Positions 11,507-22,010 of a DNA stretch of 64,000 nucleotides are shown one piece after another (within the stretch, counting starts at the first letter, position 1; the number at the start of each line of letters is the position of its first letter). The notes below the pieces were generated by a model. That model saw only the letters and a list, made by a program, of their open reading frames with translations. It was not told where the DNA came from and made no database searches. This DNA is from a virus (lineage: Duplodnaviria; Heunggongvirae; Uroviricota; Caudoviricetes), in IMG/VR virus record IMGVR_UViG_3300043451_000039, positions 64,001 through 128,000 of that record; one strand, 5' to 3'. Position numbers and translations under genes: made by a program.

Positions 11507-13204
11507 TTATCCTGTAAACGTAGAAGGTTCACCAACATATGAGCCACCGTCATTTAAGAACCAGCCAGCTTCAACATATGGGTTTAAAAGTATAATTCCG
11601 CCAGAATCTGTAGGAGATTCACTATCGGCGAGTGGTTTTGCCATTGAAATATATGGTACTGTTCTATTTAGTAGTGTACCAGAAGTGTCAACTGGAATTG
11701 CTAAATCATTATCAAGAGTAACTCCATCATTACCATAATGATCATATTCCTCTGAATTGATAATCTTTTCAATATCTTTAATCTCAAGACCAGCAATAGA
11801 TGTTGCTTCATCATTTGCTGTAATAGAAAGAATCTTAATTAGAGACTCTAATGATGTTGTAATTCTTAATTCATTACGTAAATCGTATTCACCAAAGATT
11901 GCCATACCAGCAGGGTGAATCAAGTTTTTAACAATTGTCTTGTAAGTGTCTAATGCTTGGTCAATCTTAATAACATATGAGAATGCTTGATAGTAACGAC
12001 TGTCTTGAATAAAGATTGCGTCATCTAAGAAGCCATCGTTATTAACATAGTAACCTGGATATTTCGCAAGAGGTCCAAGTGAAACTTTAATAATCGCTGG
12101 ATCAGTAGTTGTTACTTGAGAGTCAACAGAACTAATACCGAACTCACGAACAGTTAAACCTGCATACGTACCATCAATTGCATTTGAACCAGATGGGTCA
12201 ATGTTGTAGTCAGCAGTGTTAATAGAGCCAGATTCTTGGAATCCAGACATACCTTCAGATATGCTTAACTGAACTGCTTTGTTTGCTGGAGCAAGGAAAC
12301 TATCAACACGCTGAATAATTGTTCCAGTTTGTGATGATAAGTCCTGCCCTTTCTGAGAGGTAATTGTTGTTGTAAAGTCAGTACTATATCCAGTACCATA
12401 CTTAATAAACTGCCCTTGTTTAATACCACCATCACCATCAACAGCAGCAACTTTCATAATGGTACCATAACCATTAAAGTTGATAATGTTATAAAGGTCA
12501 CCGACCTTAAAACCAGTTCCTGGTTTTTCAATAACAAGGTTAGATGTTGTTGGTAGAATTACGCCATTGAATACTAGATTATTGTTGCTATCAAGATATC
12601 GTAATGTATCACCAACAGAGATCGTTCCAAAGAAACGACGATCTAAAATAAATTCATAAACATCATCAGAAATACGAATCGCTCTGTCTACTTCAACCTC
12701 AACATATTGACGACGATCAACAAGAACACGGATAACCTTAGTAGTTGTAACAACATCAACTAATTTACCAACGATAGCCTGCGGGTTACCAACAAGAATT
12801 TTTACGAATACTGAAACGTCTTGGTTCCATTTACCATCAGAAGCACGAAGCATCTGTTTAGCTGGGTAATCAATTTCAATTTCTTTGTTGAACAGAATTC
12901 TAAACAGTAATCTGAAAGATGACTCGCTACCTTTAGCGAGATACATATCTTTGATATGTGTTAGCAAGAATCTTTCATCAACAGTTGAATATGGTAACTT
13001 CTCAGCAAGATCGTGTTTAAAATATGTAATAAACGAGTCAAGAGTTGTGTCAATATCCCTTAGAGTTACTAAGTCTTTCTGGGTTGTTTCTAAAAACTCA
13101 TAGTATGCTTTTAGAAAGTCAACAAAAGTTTGATAGTCCTCTCTAACAAACTCAGGTAACTGAGCTGGGACTATCGAAGATATTTTAGGTCTTGTGAGTG
13201 CCAT
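11507..13204 (-). CDS. Baseplate wedge initiator gp7-like
   Basis: 'LPEFVREDYQTFVDFLKAYYEFLE', 'KGSESSFRLLFRILF', 'IQDSRYYQAFSYVIK...HPAG' motifs; follows gp6. Confidence 0.75.
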   Translation of the reverse strand: MALTRPKISSIVPAQLPEFVREDYQTFVDFLKAYYEFLETTQKDLVTLRDIDTTLDSFITYFKHDLAEKLPYSTVDERFLLTHIKDMYLAKGSESSFRLLFRILFNKEIEIDYPAKQMLRASDGKWNQDVSVFVKILVGNPQAIVGKLVDVVTTTKVIRVLVDRRQYVEVEVDRAIRISDDVYEFILDRRFFGTISVGDTLRYLDSNNNLVFNGVILPTTSNLVIEKPGTGFKVGDLYNIINFNGYGTIMKVAAVDGDGGIKQGQFIKYGTGYSTDFTTTITSQKGQDLSSQTGTIIQRVDSFLAPANKAVQLSISEGMSGFQESGSINTADYNIDPSGSNAIDGTYAGLTVREFGISSVDSQVTTTDPAIIKVSLGPLAKYPGYYVNNDGFLDDAIFIQDSRYYQAFSYVIKIDQALDTYKTIVKNLIHPAGMAIFGEYDLRNELRITTSLESLIKILSITANDEATSIAGLEIKDIEKIINSEEYDHYGNDGVTLDNDLAIPVDTSGTLLNRTVPYISMAKPLADSESPTDSGGIILLNPYVEAGWFLNDGGSYVGEPSTFTG

Positions 13205-15039
13205 TATGAACGACTAGAAGTAAATTTGTAATTGTATCCACCACGTAGATCACCAGTGGCTGTTGGGTCAGGTAACGCTGTAACTCTTAAATGGTCAGTT
13301 GCAATATGAGCAATTTGTGTCAAGGCAGAAACTACGTCATTAGATAATGGACGAATTGAAATTTCTAAGTCAATATCAGCTAGTGCTGTAACATGCAAGT
13401 TCTTAATATCAATTAAACCCTTTGTATAATCAATTGTTCCAATTTGAGGGTTAACAATAATCTTAATACCATTGGCTCCATAACGATACAAACGAACATA
13501 GGCTACGCCATCGTCATCCAAATAGTGAAGTTGATCACTACCAGCGATATAGAAACCAGTGCTTCTAAATGATTCTTCTGGTTGACCAGAACTCCAAATA
13601 GGGTTAATCATATTTAGAATGTATTGCGCAGAGGTATTATAACGAACATTCAATGCTCTGCGTAATAAAATTGTTGTAATATTATTAACAATTGCTGGAT
13701 CTGATTCATCAATCAAGCGACTCAATTTAGAATAGCGGAATACACCATCAAATCTATCGAGTTCATTTACGCCATAAGCAGTAATTGTATTTGTAACTAG
13801 AGAAGCGATTTGAGAAGCAGACTTAGTTGTTGCTTGTTCATTATAATAAACAGTTGTTGTAACCGCAATGTTAATAAATTCTGGATCAACGATAGTAGGA
13901 ATAACAGAAACAACATTTCGCTGCTCAAGAATAGTTGATATCAACTGAGTCTTTTGAGTGGTTGTTAATTTGTCAGCGTCCTTTGGTTTAATGCAAAGAT
14001 AAACCTTACCATATACTGGAGGATTATTATCTTCACCACCCCAAGCTGTTACTGAAGCAGCATCAGAGAATAGAGAATATACAATTGCTTTATAATCGTC
14101 TGGAGTTACTGCTCGGTTCTGAGCAGCGTACATATGTGGAGCATTGTATCGAATACTATCAATATCTTCTGGACCTGCGCCATTAATTGCTGGTGAAATA
14201 GTAGTGACTGATACTTGAGCACCACTTGTTAAGTCCTGGCCACTATATGTGAATTGACGAGCACCATTTGGCTCATCAGTGTTACAAACCATGTATTCAA
14301 TATGAACGATATTACCATTATCAAGAGCCATACCGATATTGCCATCACCGAAAGTGAGTTCATATAAACCATCATCAATCTCTTTTACCCAATATAACTT
14401 ACTTGTTGAATCAGCAGTTACTAATGTTTCTGCTTTAGTAAATGTAGTATAAACTGAGGAACTTGAATTTTCTTGTACACGAACAGTCAGGGTATTCAGA
14501 TCAATATTTGCGTTAGGAATAATATATCGTGTATTTGAACCAACATTATAATTGTATACTAATGGTGTGCCTTCAACAATCTTAATATTTGAGAAGATAT
14601 ATGTTCCATTAGAAGAAGCAACTGTATTAGAACCTCTTGTGTAGAAACTATAATTCTTACCATTAATTGTTGTATTGAATTGGCTTAGATTAGGAAGCAC
14701 CAATGTATTTGCGCCATTTTGTGGAGTGGTAACAATTACAGTAACTTCAGCCTCTGAACAAGTAGCGGATCTTGGCGTATAACCAAGCATTTTTGAAATT
14801 GAAACTACACTATTACGCTTTCTTGCGGAATCAAGGAACATTTCATTGATAGCAAGGTTATTGTACAAAGCATTGTAGTGAGTATTATATGCTAGAACAT
14901 CCAAAAGAACGGACATAGCAGAACCTTCAAAATCGTAATCTTGAAATTCTTCTTGTCCGCTTAAAAATGTCTTTAGGTTTGTTTTGATGTCATCAAAATC
15001 TAAAGATGTTACATTAATTTTTTTATTTGTAGTAGCCAT
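13204..15039 (-). CDS. Baseplate wedge subunit gp6
   Basis: 'LDFDDIKTNLKTFL...DYDFEGS.MSVLLDVLAYNTHYNA', 'AQNRAVT.DDY', 'WGGEDN.PP.YGKV'. Confidence 0.92.
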   Translation of the reverse strand: MATTNKKINVTSLDFDDIKTNLKTFLSGQEEFQDYDFEGSAMSVLLDVLAYNTHYNALYNNLAINEMFLDSARKRNSVVSISKMLGYTPRSATCSEAEVTVIVTTPQNGANTLVLPNLSQFNTTINGKNYSFYTRGSNTVASSNGTYIFSNIKIVEGTPLVYNYNVGSNTRYIIPNANIDLNTLTVRVQENSSSSVYTTFTKAETLVTADSTSKLYWVKEIDDGLYELTFGDGNIGMALDNGNIVHIEYMVCNTDEPNGARQFTYSGQDLTSGAQVSVTTISPAINGAGPEDIDSIRYNAPHMYAAQNRAVTPDDYKAIVYSLFSDAASVTAWGGEDNNPPVYGKVYLCIKPKDADKLTTTQKTQLISTILEQRNVVSVIPTIVDPEFINIAVTTTVYYNEQATTKSASQIASLVTNTITAYGVNELDRFDGVFRYSKLSRLIDESDPAIVNNITTILLRRALNVRYNTSAQYILNMINPIWSSGQPEESFRSTGFYIAGSDQLHYLDDDGVAYVRLYRYGANGIKIIVNPQIGTIDYTKGLIDIKNLHVTALADIDLEISIRPLSNDVVSALTQIAHIATDHLRVTALPDPTATGDLRGGYNYKFTSSRS

Positions 15040-15432
15040 TTATCGTGTTCTCTGTAGCGTTAAATCTAGCGTTATTGGAGCAGTAGTATTCAAAATGGTA
15101 AATTCAATAGAAACATCTATTGAATACTCATCAGGGTTTGTCATTACAACAATATCAATAAGATTTACTCTTGGCTCGAAAGTATTAATAACGTCTTGGA
15201 TTGTTCTTCTTAGCATTGCTCCAAGCATAGGAGTTGCTGGTTCAAATAGAAGTTTCTTAATTGGGCTACCAATTTCGCTGTGAAATGGGCGCTCATAGTT
15301 ATTTGTTAAGATAAGGTTTTTCAACGAATTTTTAACAGCATCTTCATCATATCTGCGACTGAGGTCTTTCGTCACTGGATGTTTCGTGAAATTAAAATCC
15401 AAATCTGAGAAAATTCTAGTATTTTTTGCCAT
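15040..15432 (-). CDS. Baseplate wedge / sheath initiator gp25
   Basis: 'DEDAVKNSLKNLILTNNYERPF...FEPRV'. Confidence 0.9.
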   Translation of the reverse strand: MAKNTRIFSDLDFNFTKHPVTKDLSRRYDEDAVKNSLKNLILTNNYERPFHSEIGSPIKKLLFEPATPMLGAMLRRTIQDVINTFEPRVNLIDIVVMTNPDEYSIDVSIEFTILNTTAPITLDLTLQRTR

Positions 15433-15445
15433 ATTCTTATTTAGG

Positions 15446-15745
15446 TTATTCTACTGAGGTCTTTGCATTTCCTTGAGCAACAGCATCTCCGTCTGCTACT
15501 GGGTCATCAACTCTAGCTGCTGATTTGCCTTCAAAATAGGTTTTAGAAGCGCCAGAAGTAATTTCTCTTTGAGAAGTTTGATGGGTCTGTCGACCAACAG
15601 TATGTGCCTCAAACTGATCACCAACTGTTCCTATTAATTTACCACCAACATAACTTTTAGAGCATTGTACTTTTGTAGTAAGAGCAGTAGCTGGTCCACC
15701 ATCCTGCCCCTTACTCAATGCGCCTTTATATGTTAATGCTGGCAT
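15446..15745 (-). CDS. PAAR-like spike tip protein (gp5.4-like)
   Basis: 99 aa right after gp5; 'GKSAARVDD' PAAR-like motif. Confidence 0.75.
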   Translation of the reverse strand: MPALTYKGALSKGQDGGPATALTTKVQCSKSYVGGKLIGTVGDQFEAHTVGRQTHQTSQREITSGASKTYFEGKSAARVDDPVADGDAVAQGNAKTSVE

Positions 15746-18700
15746 TATTTCTTCTCTGGAGGTGGAGCGCCATCACTTAATAATACAAATCCTGATGGCA
15801 TTCCCTTAGCGTCACGCTTATAAACTTTGTCGTTTACCATAGTAAACGCCATTTTTCTATTTCCCGTAGCCTTATATCCAGTATGAATCCACACTGATGT
15901 TGGGGCACGATATTCTAGAATAATTTGGTCGTAAGTAATTACTTTTTCTAGTTTCTGAACAAGTTCGTATGTCTTATTATAACGATCTGGGCCAAGCAAG
16001 GCTACGTCAAAACAGTGCCCCTTACAGTGATCAGAAGTTGGGCTCTCAGTTTTAACAACACCCCTCAGACGATATCCTGAACTAATTGTCCATTGTTTGT
16101 TATACCCACCAATACCACCTGGAAGGAATTCAAGGTATGGTTCTAAAATGTTCTGAGCAGAAGTAGCCAAGTTACAAACAATTTCTTGAACCTTGTATAA
16201 TCTCTCTTTGCCATTAGCAGTGTCAACGAGAAGCTGATCAATTAATTTATGTGGACCAGTTAGACCACCAGAAACTAACATACCAAGAGTAAAGTTCTTA
16301 GACATTCTATAATCATTAGTGAAGTTAGTTGTATTGTAAATTACTTGACAATCAACTGGAATCTTGGTGTTGCTACCACCAGAAGGATCTGGTGCAGCTT
16401 CAGAGGCTACTGCTGGCGCTGCGCCAACAACACCAGCGGATTGCGCTTGATCATTACTAAACTTTCTACCTTCTGGAGTGTTGTAATCTTCTGGGGTTTC
16501 AGCAGAAGCAAGTTCTTCAGTTTGACGCTCAGGTGGTTGTAATTGCGGTACTGTTGGGTTAACTGGCTTACCTGCAGCTGGAGGTGTAAGTTCAACATCA
16601 GTAGCACCATCTGCTCCATTACCAAATTGACCTTCATTATAATCTGCCTGTAATGTGCCACCAGCAAGGATGTTCATATCTGCTGATGATTCAATATTTA
16701 CAGTTTCAGCTTTCTCGCTGATATTTGCTGCTTGTAGAGAAAAGTCACCACCTGCTTTAATAAGAACGTCGCCACCTGCTGCCATGTAAATATCATTGGC
16801 AACACCAATATCTAAATTATTACCAACTTGAATTGTTGCATTCTGTTCAACTTGAATATTAGCATCAGTTCTTGCATAGATATTCACATTACCATCAGCT
16901 GTAATGTTACAATCACCAGCAATGCTTATGAAACCATTGCGTTCCATAATAATATAATTTTCACCAACGATATAGTTTACTTGAGTTCCATTTGGATCGA
17001 TCTCACTATATGTTCCTGCTCTATGGTAAGTGTGGATACGCTCTTGTCCTGGGGTATCATCAAACTCTTGGATATGACCAGACTCAGTTTCCATTACTTT
17101 GTTGAATGGGTATTTAGCGCCATATGCTGGGATTTGTTGATCCCATGAACCAAAACCATTAGCAAGGGGGACACCAATTTTTCTATTAGCATCTTTCTTA
17201 CTAACAATAGTTCCATCAATAATACCACGAGCCAATCGGTTCGTGTCCACCTCATTGATATAATCTTTCAATGGGTATTTGTTATTTGGGTCACGGAAAC
17301 CAGTATTATCTGTTCCATGCTTTACTGATTCAGCCGATGGTCCAGGTGTAGATGGTGAACCTTCAACTGGAGGAGAAGGTGGTGGAGAACCAGCATCTTT
17401 ATCAACAGAACCTGTTGCCTGAGTTCCATAGAAATATTCGTAGTATGATAATTTACGAGCAGCAATATCTGGTGAGTTTACACCAACAGATTTCTTTGCT
17501 GCGTAAAAATAACCAGGATGATCAGAAGGGTTTGTCCCTTTTGGAACACGATCTTTAATGTATAATGCAGCAACCATTGCTGATACATTAATATCCTTAT
17601 CTAACGAATCTGGATCATTTAAAATGTCAATGTTTAATCCAGCTGCTTTGGCTAAATCATTGTAACGCTTATAGTTACCACGACCAGTCAACTGAATAAA
17701 ACCACGACCATAATATTTACCACCATCATCGTCAGTAAGGTTACCAAGGAAACCTTTACCACGCTTAGTTGGACCGTAAATTACTTTGAAGAAATCTTCT
17801 CGAGTTAAACCTTTCTTCTGAGCATCTGAGTATTTGTCAGCTTCTTCATCAGTCAAGAAAGAGAAAATTTGTTTAATTCTACCCTTTGAGTAGTTAAACG
17901 ATTCGTTCTGCGGGATCCAACCAGACTCACCACCAGCAATACCAAGTAAAGCACATTTCTGCTCTTTAGTGGTCAGACCAACTTTATCGCACGCAGCAAT
18001 AAGAGCCTTAATACCATCAGACGCTTTACCAGCATTTGATGATGACTTTGGTGGCGGAACTGTTGGTATAGATGTATTTGTTGAAGTTGGCGCAGGGGCT
18101 GCTGGGGTAGTAGAAGTGGCTGCTGGAGTAGCTGCTTGTACTGGTGTTCCGTCAGAAAGTGTAACTGGATTACCAGAACTATCTCTTAGAACAGTTGACG
18201 CTTTACTAGAGTTTACTGCATCTAAGTTTGTTGGAGCATCTTTGAAGGTGATAATATTTTCACCATAACCAGTAACTGTTTCACTGATTGTGATTTTATC
18301 TTGGCCATCAATAGAAACAATGTAGCAATTTGATGTTAAACCAAAACCAACAACCTTCATGTTGGCTTTTAGACCAGTTGTTAGGTTTCTTCTACCTGTC
18401 TCTTCATCAACGAATGTTAATTGTTTACCAGTAACTGGTCCAGGGATAGTTCTAAGAACAATATCCTTCGCAGCGTATTCACCAATCTCAGTTGCGCTGT
18501 CGTCATCACTAATAGCTGGAGGCACTTGCGGGATACCACCAACAGTACCCAACATAATTGGTTGTTGCTGATCCACGTCAGCAAACATAATAATAACAGT
18601 AGTACCTTCAACTGGGCCAAGTGGAGTATAACCAATACCATTCATAGCAGCAGAAGTCACTGACTGCATAGGTGTAGCCCATGGTAAATCGTTAGTTGGT

Positions 18701-18801
18701 AATTGAACTTTATCGTGAGTGTGTAAACCTACGATACGAACTTGGCAACGACCAAGTTGCATTGGATCTGAGCGATTCTCAACAACACCTGTATAAAACA
18801 T
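15745..18801 (-). CDS. Baseplate hub/spike gp5 with internal GH19 (lysozyme-like) domain and C-terminal M15-type peptidase domain
   Basis: OB-fold start 'FYTGVVENRSDPMQLGRCQVRIVGLH'; 'YYGRGFIQLTGRGNY'; 'ETESGHIQEFDDTPG.ERI' gp5 repeats; 'SSGYR...SDHCKGHCFD...VWIH'. Confidence 0.88.
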   Translation of the reverse strand: MFYTGVVENRSDPMQLGRCQVRIVGLHTHDKVQLPTNDLPWATPMQSVTSAAMNGIGYTPLGPVEGTTVIIMFADVDQQQPIMLGTVGGIPQVPPAISDDDSATEIGEYAAKDIVLRTIPGPVTGKQLTFVDEETGRRNLTTGLKANMKVVGFGLTSNCYIVSIDGQDKITISETVTGYGENIITFKDAPTNLDAVNSSKASTVLRDSSGNPVTLSDGTPVQAATPAATSTTPAAPAPTSTNTSIPTVPPPKSSSNAGKASDGIKALIAACDKVGLTTKEQKCALLGIAGGESGWIPQNESFNYSKGRIKQIFSFLTDEEADKYSDAQKKGLTREDFFKVIYGPTKRGKGFLGNLTDDDGGKYYGRGFIQLTGRGNYKRYNDLAKAAGLNIDILNDPDSLDKDINVSAMVAALYIKDRVPKGTNPSDHPGYFYAAKKSVGVNSPDIAARKLSYYEYFYGTQATGSVDKDAGSPPPSPPVEGSPSTPGPSAESVKHGTDNTGFRDPNNKYPLKDYINEVDTNRLARGIIDGTIVSKKDANRKIGVPLANGFGSWDQQIPAYGAKYPFNKVMETESGHIQEFDDTPGQERIHTYHRAGTYSEIDPNGTQVNYIVGENYIIMERNGFISIAGDCNITADGNVNIYARTDANIQVEQNATIQVGNNLDIGVANDIYMAAGGDVLIKAGGDFSLQAANISEKAETVNIESSADMNILAGGTLQADYNEGQFGNGADGATDVELTPPAAGKPVNPTVPQLQPPERQTEELASAETPEDYNTPEGRKFSNDQAQSAGVVGAAPAVASEAAPDPSGGSNTKIPVDCQVIYNTTNFTNDYRMSKNFTLGMLVSGGLTGPHKLIDQLLVDTANGKERLYKVQEIVCNLATSAQNILEPYLEFLPGGIGGYNKQWTISSGYRLRGVVKTESPTSDHCKGHCFDVALLGPDRYNKTYELVQKLEKVITYDQIILEYRAPTSVWIHTGYKATGNRKMAFTMVNDKVYKRDAKGMPSGFVLLSDGAPPPEKK

Positions 18802-20087
18802 TATTTCTTCCCGTCAATATTCATTTGTAGTGAGTCTTTAATAAGTTCCATGCTACATTCATGGCGCTCACGTGTAATGTAGTGGTTGATTGCTCCGATT
18901 AAATAAAACCCAGAGAACATCTTGTCAACCAATTCTTCATCATTATCTTTTTTACTTGCTGGCTCAATTTTGTTTAAAGTCACAGAAACCTTCTGACCAA
19001 CAGTATAATCACAGCGACCTGGAACTACAATTTCAATTTTATTGGCTTCAGCCAGTTTCATTAATGAAATGCGTTCTTGTAAATTTCTGTAATTTGTAGA
19101 ATCACCAAACCCACTCAAGTTACCATTATTTCTAGGATAATTTATAAGCAATGAATTAGATCTAAAAATAACATTATCGCCAGTCAAAGGGTTTTTATTC
19201 AAATGATTGTAACTAGCAAAATTATCTTTAACACTGTAATTCTTTACATTGTAAATCTTCTTATTTAAGTCATATGATGTCATCTTAGAAGAAAACATAC
19301 CACTACGAATCCTATCAATGTAGTCATAACCAACAGGGATATTGATAGTATTAATACGTCTATAATCTTCCTTTACATTCTTAGCATCATCACCATTTGG
19401 TAAAGGTGTTCTTGTGTAGTTATCATATGTGAATTCTTGATAATTACCATTAGCGTAAAGAGATTCTAATGAAACAAAATAGAAACCATATCTATTTTCA
19501 AAGAAAACATAACTTGGAGATTTATTTCTATTTACTGCACGCTCAGTAATGAAATTAATACACTTTATTGGAGACCAGAAATTTGAAATAAATTTAACAG
19601 CCTTTGAAGTTGGTTCAGCAAATACTTCTTTCTTAGACTGAAGACCATTGAAGTTATCCTTTACAATAGTCTTAACTAATTCGTCTGGATTACCTGTGAA
19701 AACTTTACTTACCTTCTTGTTTAAATCAACAATTGCTTCCATTGAAATAAAATGTAATTGATAAACTACATTTTTATCACCAACAAGTTCTCTATCTGTT
19801 AGTTTGTAAACATAGAAAGAACCTTTTATGTTTCCATCTTTAAGGGTTGGTGTACTAATCTCAATTTCAACCATCTCTTCACCAACGAATGGGAATATGT
19901 TAACTAAATCAAATGATTCTTTTAAAATTAAAGAACCTGTTATAAATGGAGAAAATAAATCTTCATAAATTGAGATGGCAATAACCTGTGCGGCAATATC
20001 TTGAGATACACCGCCACTTGTTGTAATTTTACATTTATCAATGCTGACATCGCCAGCAAATCGTAAAACTTGATCCGCTGCTTGCAT
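18801..20087 (-). CDS. Baseplate hub protein (gp27-like)
   Basis: 'ISIYEDLFSPFITGSL', 'FFENRYGFYFVSLESL', 'VPG...TVGQ...SGFYLI.AINH'; between gp53 and gp5. Confidence 0.65.
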   Translation of the reverse strand: MQAADQVLRFAGDVSIDKCKITTSGGVSQDIAAQVIAISIYEDLFSPFITGSLILKESFDLVNIFPFVGEEMVEIEISTPTLKDGNIKGSFYVYKLTDRELVGDKNVVYQLHFISMEAIVDLNKKVSKVFTGNPDELVKTIVKDNFNGLQSKKEVFAEPTSKAVKFISNFWSPIKCINFITERAVNRNKSPSYVFFENRYGFYFVSLESLYANGNYQEFTYDNYTRTPLPNGDDAKNVKEDYRRINTINIPVGYDYIDRIRSGMFSSKMTSYDLNKKIYNVKNYSVKDNFASYNHLNKNPLTGDNVIFRSNSLLINYPRNNGNLSGFGDSTNYRNLQERISLMKLAEANKIEIVVPGRCDYTVGQKVSVTLNKIEPASKKDNDEELVDKMFSGFYLIGAINHYITRERHECSMELIKDSLQMNIDGKK

Positions 20088-20854
20088 TATAATTCGTCTT
20101 TATAGTTTTTAAGAATTGTTGAGATTAAATTCTTTGAGATAATTTTAATTCTACGCTTATCCTCATTCTTTGCTTCTTCATACTGTCTGTTAGTAATAGG
20201 GGTTGCTGAAGGATATGTTGACATTACTACATTACCAGAAGCATCTTCGTAATGATGAACTGAATCAGCCTCACTACCATATTTGTCAGTAATGAACTGT
20301 TCAAGCATTGGATATGTTAATGGAAAGTCATTTAGATAATCATATCGCTCATTGACGAGCATAATAACCCAATGATACTCAGCATTACCATAAATCTTCT
20401 CAGCAATAATTTCTGGAGTCTCACCATCAATAATATCATAGTAATCATATACTGTAACATTGGCAAGAACATCTCTACGGAATCTGATATTACGAGTAAT
20501 ATCAGTCATCAAGATTGCTTTGGTTGATGTTTTCTGAGAAGTATATGGTGATGAAATTGTAATCAGTGGTGTTGTATCATATCCATAACCTGTAGTGGTA
20601 ACAACAATATCTGATATAGATCCAGATTCAATAATAGCATAACCAGTGGCTGCTGCAGTATTACCTTGAAAACCAGTGTCAGGAGCTGAGAATGTAACAG
20701 TAGCATTAACATACCCAGAACCTGGATTATCAATAACAACACCAGTAACAGCACCACCACTAACATACGCAGTGGCAGTTGCTTGTGTTCCAGAACCTAC
20801 AGTTTTAGTAATATCGAAGTCATATAAAAACTTCGGGAATTTTTTAAAATACAT
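20087..20854 (-). CDS. Baseplate wedge protein gp53 with an inserted repeat module
   Basis: 'MYFKKFP', 'DGETPEIIAEKIYGNAEYHWVIMLVN', 'NEDKRRIKI'. Confidence 0.88.
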   Translation of the reverse strand: MYFKKFPKFLYDFDITKTVGSGTQATATAYVSGGAVTGVVIDNPGSGYVNATVTFSAPDTGFQGNTAAATGYAIIESGSISDIVVTTTGYGYDTTPLITISSPYTSQKTSTKAILMTDITRNIRFRRDVLANVTVYDYYDIIDGETPEIIAEKIYGNAEYHWVIMLVNERYDYLNDFPLTYPMLEQFITDKYGSEADSVHHYEDASGNVVMSTYPSATPITNRQYEEAKNEDKRRIKIISKNLISTILKNYKDEL

Positions 20855-21963
20855 TATAGGTAGTCCTTGATTTTGTCTTTTGTCAACAGAGCCAATTCAC
20901 GGAAATTTAATGTAATATCAATTTGAGTTGGCATACCATCATCAAATGTATTAAACATACCATTTGGTGTATAGTTAACGCTCATATCTGTTAATACGCA
21001 AGAAGTGTGTCGGTGGATATTAAGGTTTTCTTTACCACCAGTATAATAGAAAATATCAAACTCAGAAGGGTAGATGTAAACGAAATTGTTGTCATCTTTA
21101 AACTCTGGGTGCATATGATATTTGAATTGTCCAATAATGTTCATAACATTTCTGGATTCATCTGAATTTCTTGGGAAGAACTTATAGTCGTAACTGAATG
21201 TTCTAAAGTGAACACCCTTAAATACTTGTTCTTTCTTTGGGTTTGCTGCCAGACCAGTTGCTGCCGAGTTAGCTGCGCCATTTGGACCTTTAGAGAGCGC
21301 AAGATTGGTTAGGATAGCAGCGCCAGTACCAGTCACATCACTATTTTTACCACCAGATTGTAAGGCTTTCATAACCTCACCACCTACGGCACCAGCCATA
21401 GCAATCATACCAGTATCTTCTTCGCTCCATTCTACGCCATAATTGATAGATAAATTATTAGGCATATGTAAGGCGATAGCAGTCTTTAATCGTTTCTGCG
21501 ATCTTGATGCGTCAGGAGATTGCGAACCAAGCATTAATCCAGTAGCAGTACCAACAGCAGCGCCAGTAGCAGCACCAGTCGCTGCGCCTTTCATATTACC
21601 AGTCAATAGACCACCACCAATAGCACCTTCAATTGCGCCTGCGCCAGCATTAGCAGCAGTAAGTTGTTTACTAGTTAATCCCATAGCGATTAGATCACCA
21701 CGATCCCTTGGAGTTAAATCTTGAACAGTCTCGGCGCCATCGCGTTTTAATAGTTTAGAATCAGTAGCCACATTAATGTAGAAAATAGCATAGTGTCCAC
21801 CATATGTACCCTCATCAGACATAAGGTCAATTGGATAACTATATTGCTGAACATCATATTTACCAGAATCATATGGTGATGCTTCACCTCGAGGTGTATA
21901 TAGATTAGGTTTCTTAGCTGTAGAAGCTGGTGGAGCTGATGTTGCTGGAGTTGTATCTGCCAT
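20854..21963 (-). CDS. Baseplate tail-tube cap gp48
   Basis: 'IALHMP', 'ANPKKEQVFKGVHFRTFSYDYKFFPRN', 'CVLTDMSVNYTPNG...LNFREL'. Confidence 0.88.
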   Translation of the reverse strand: MADTTPATSAPPASTAKKPNLYTPRGEASPYDSGKYDVQQYSYPIDLMSDEGTYGGHYAIFYINVATDSKLLKRDGAETVQDLTPRDRGDLIAMGLTSKQLTAANAGAGAIEGAIGGGLLTGNMKGAATGAATGAAVGTATGLMLGSQSPDASRSQKRLKTAIALHMPNNLSINYGVEWSEEDTGMIAMAGAVGGEVMKALQSGGKNSDVTGTGAAILTNLALSKGPNGAANSAATGLAANPKKEQVFKGVHFRTFSYDYKFFPRNSDESRNVMNIIGQFKYHMHPEFKDDNNFVYIYPSEFDIFYYTGGKENLNIHRHTSCVLTDMSVNYTPNGMFNTFDDGMPTQIDITLNFRELALLTKDKIKDYL

Positions 21964-22010
21964 TTAATTTCTCTAAATAGTGGGTTATTGGCTATTCTAA
22001 TTACTTATTT

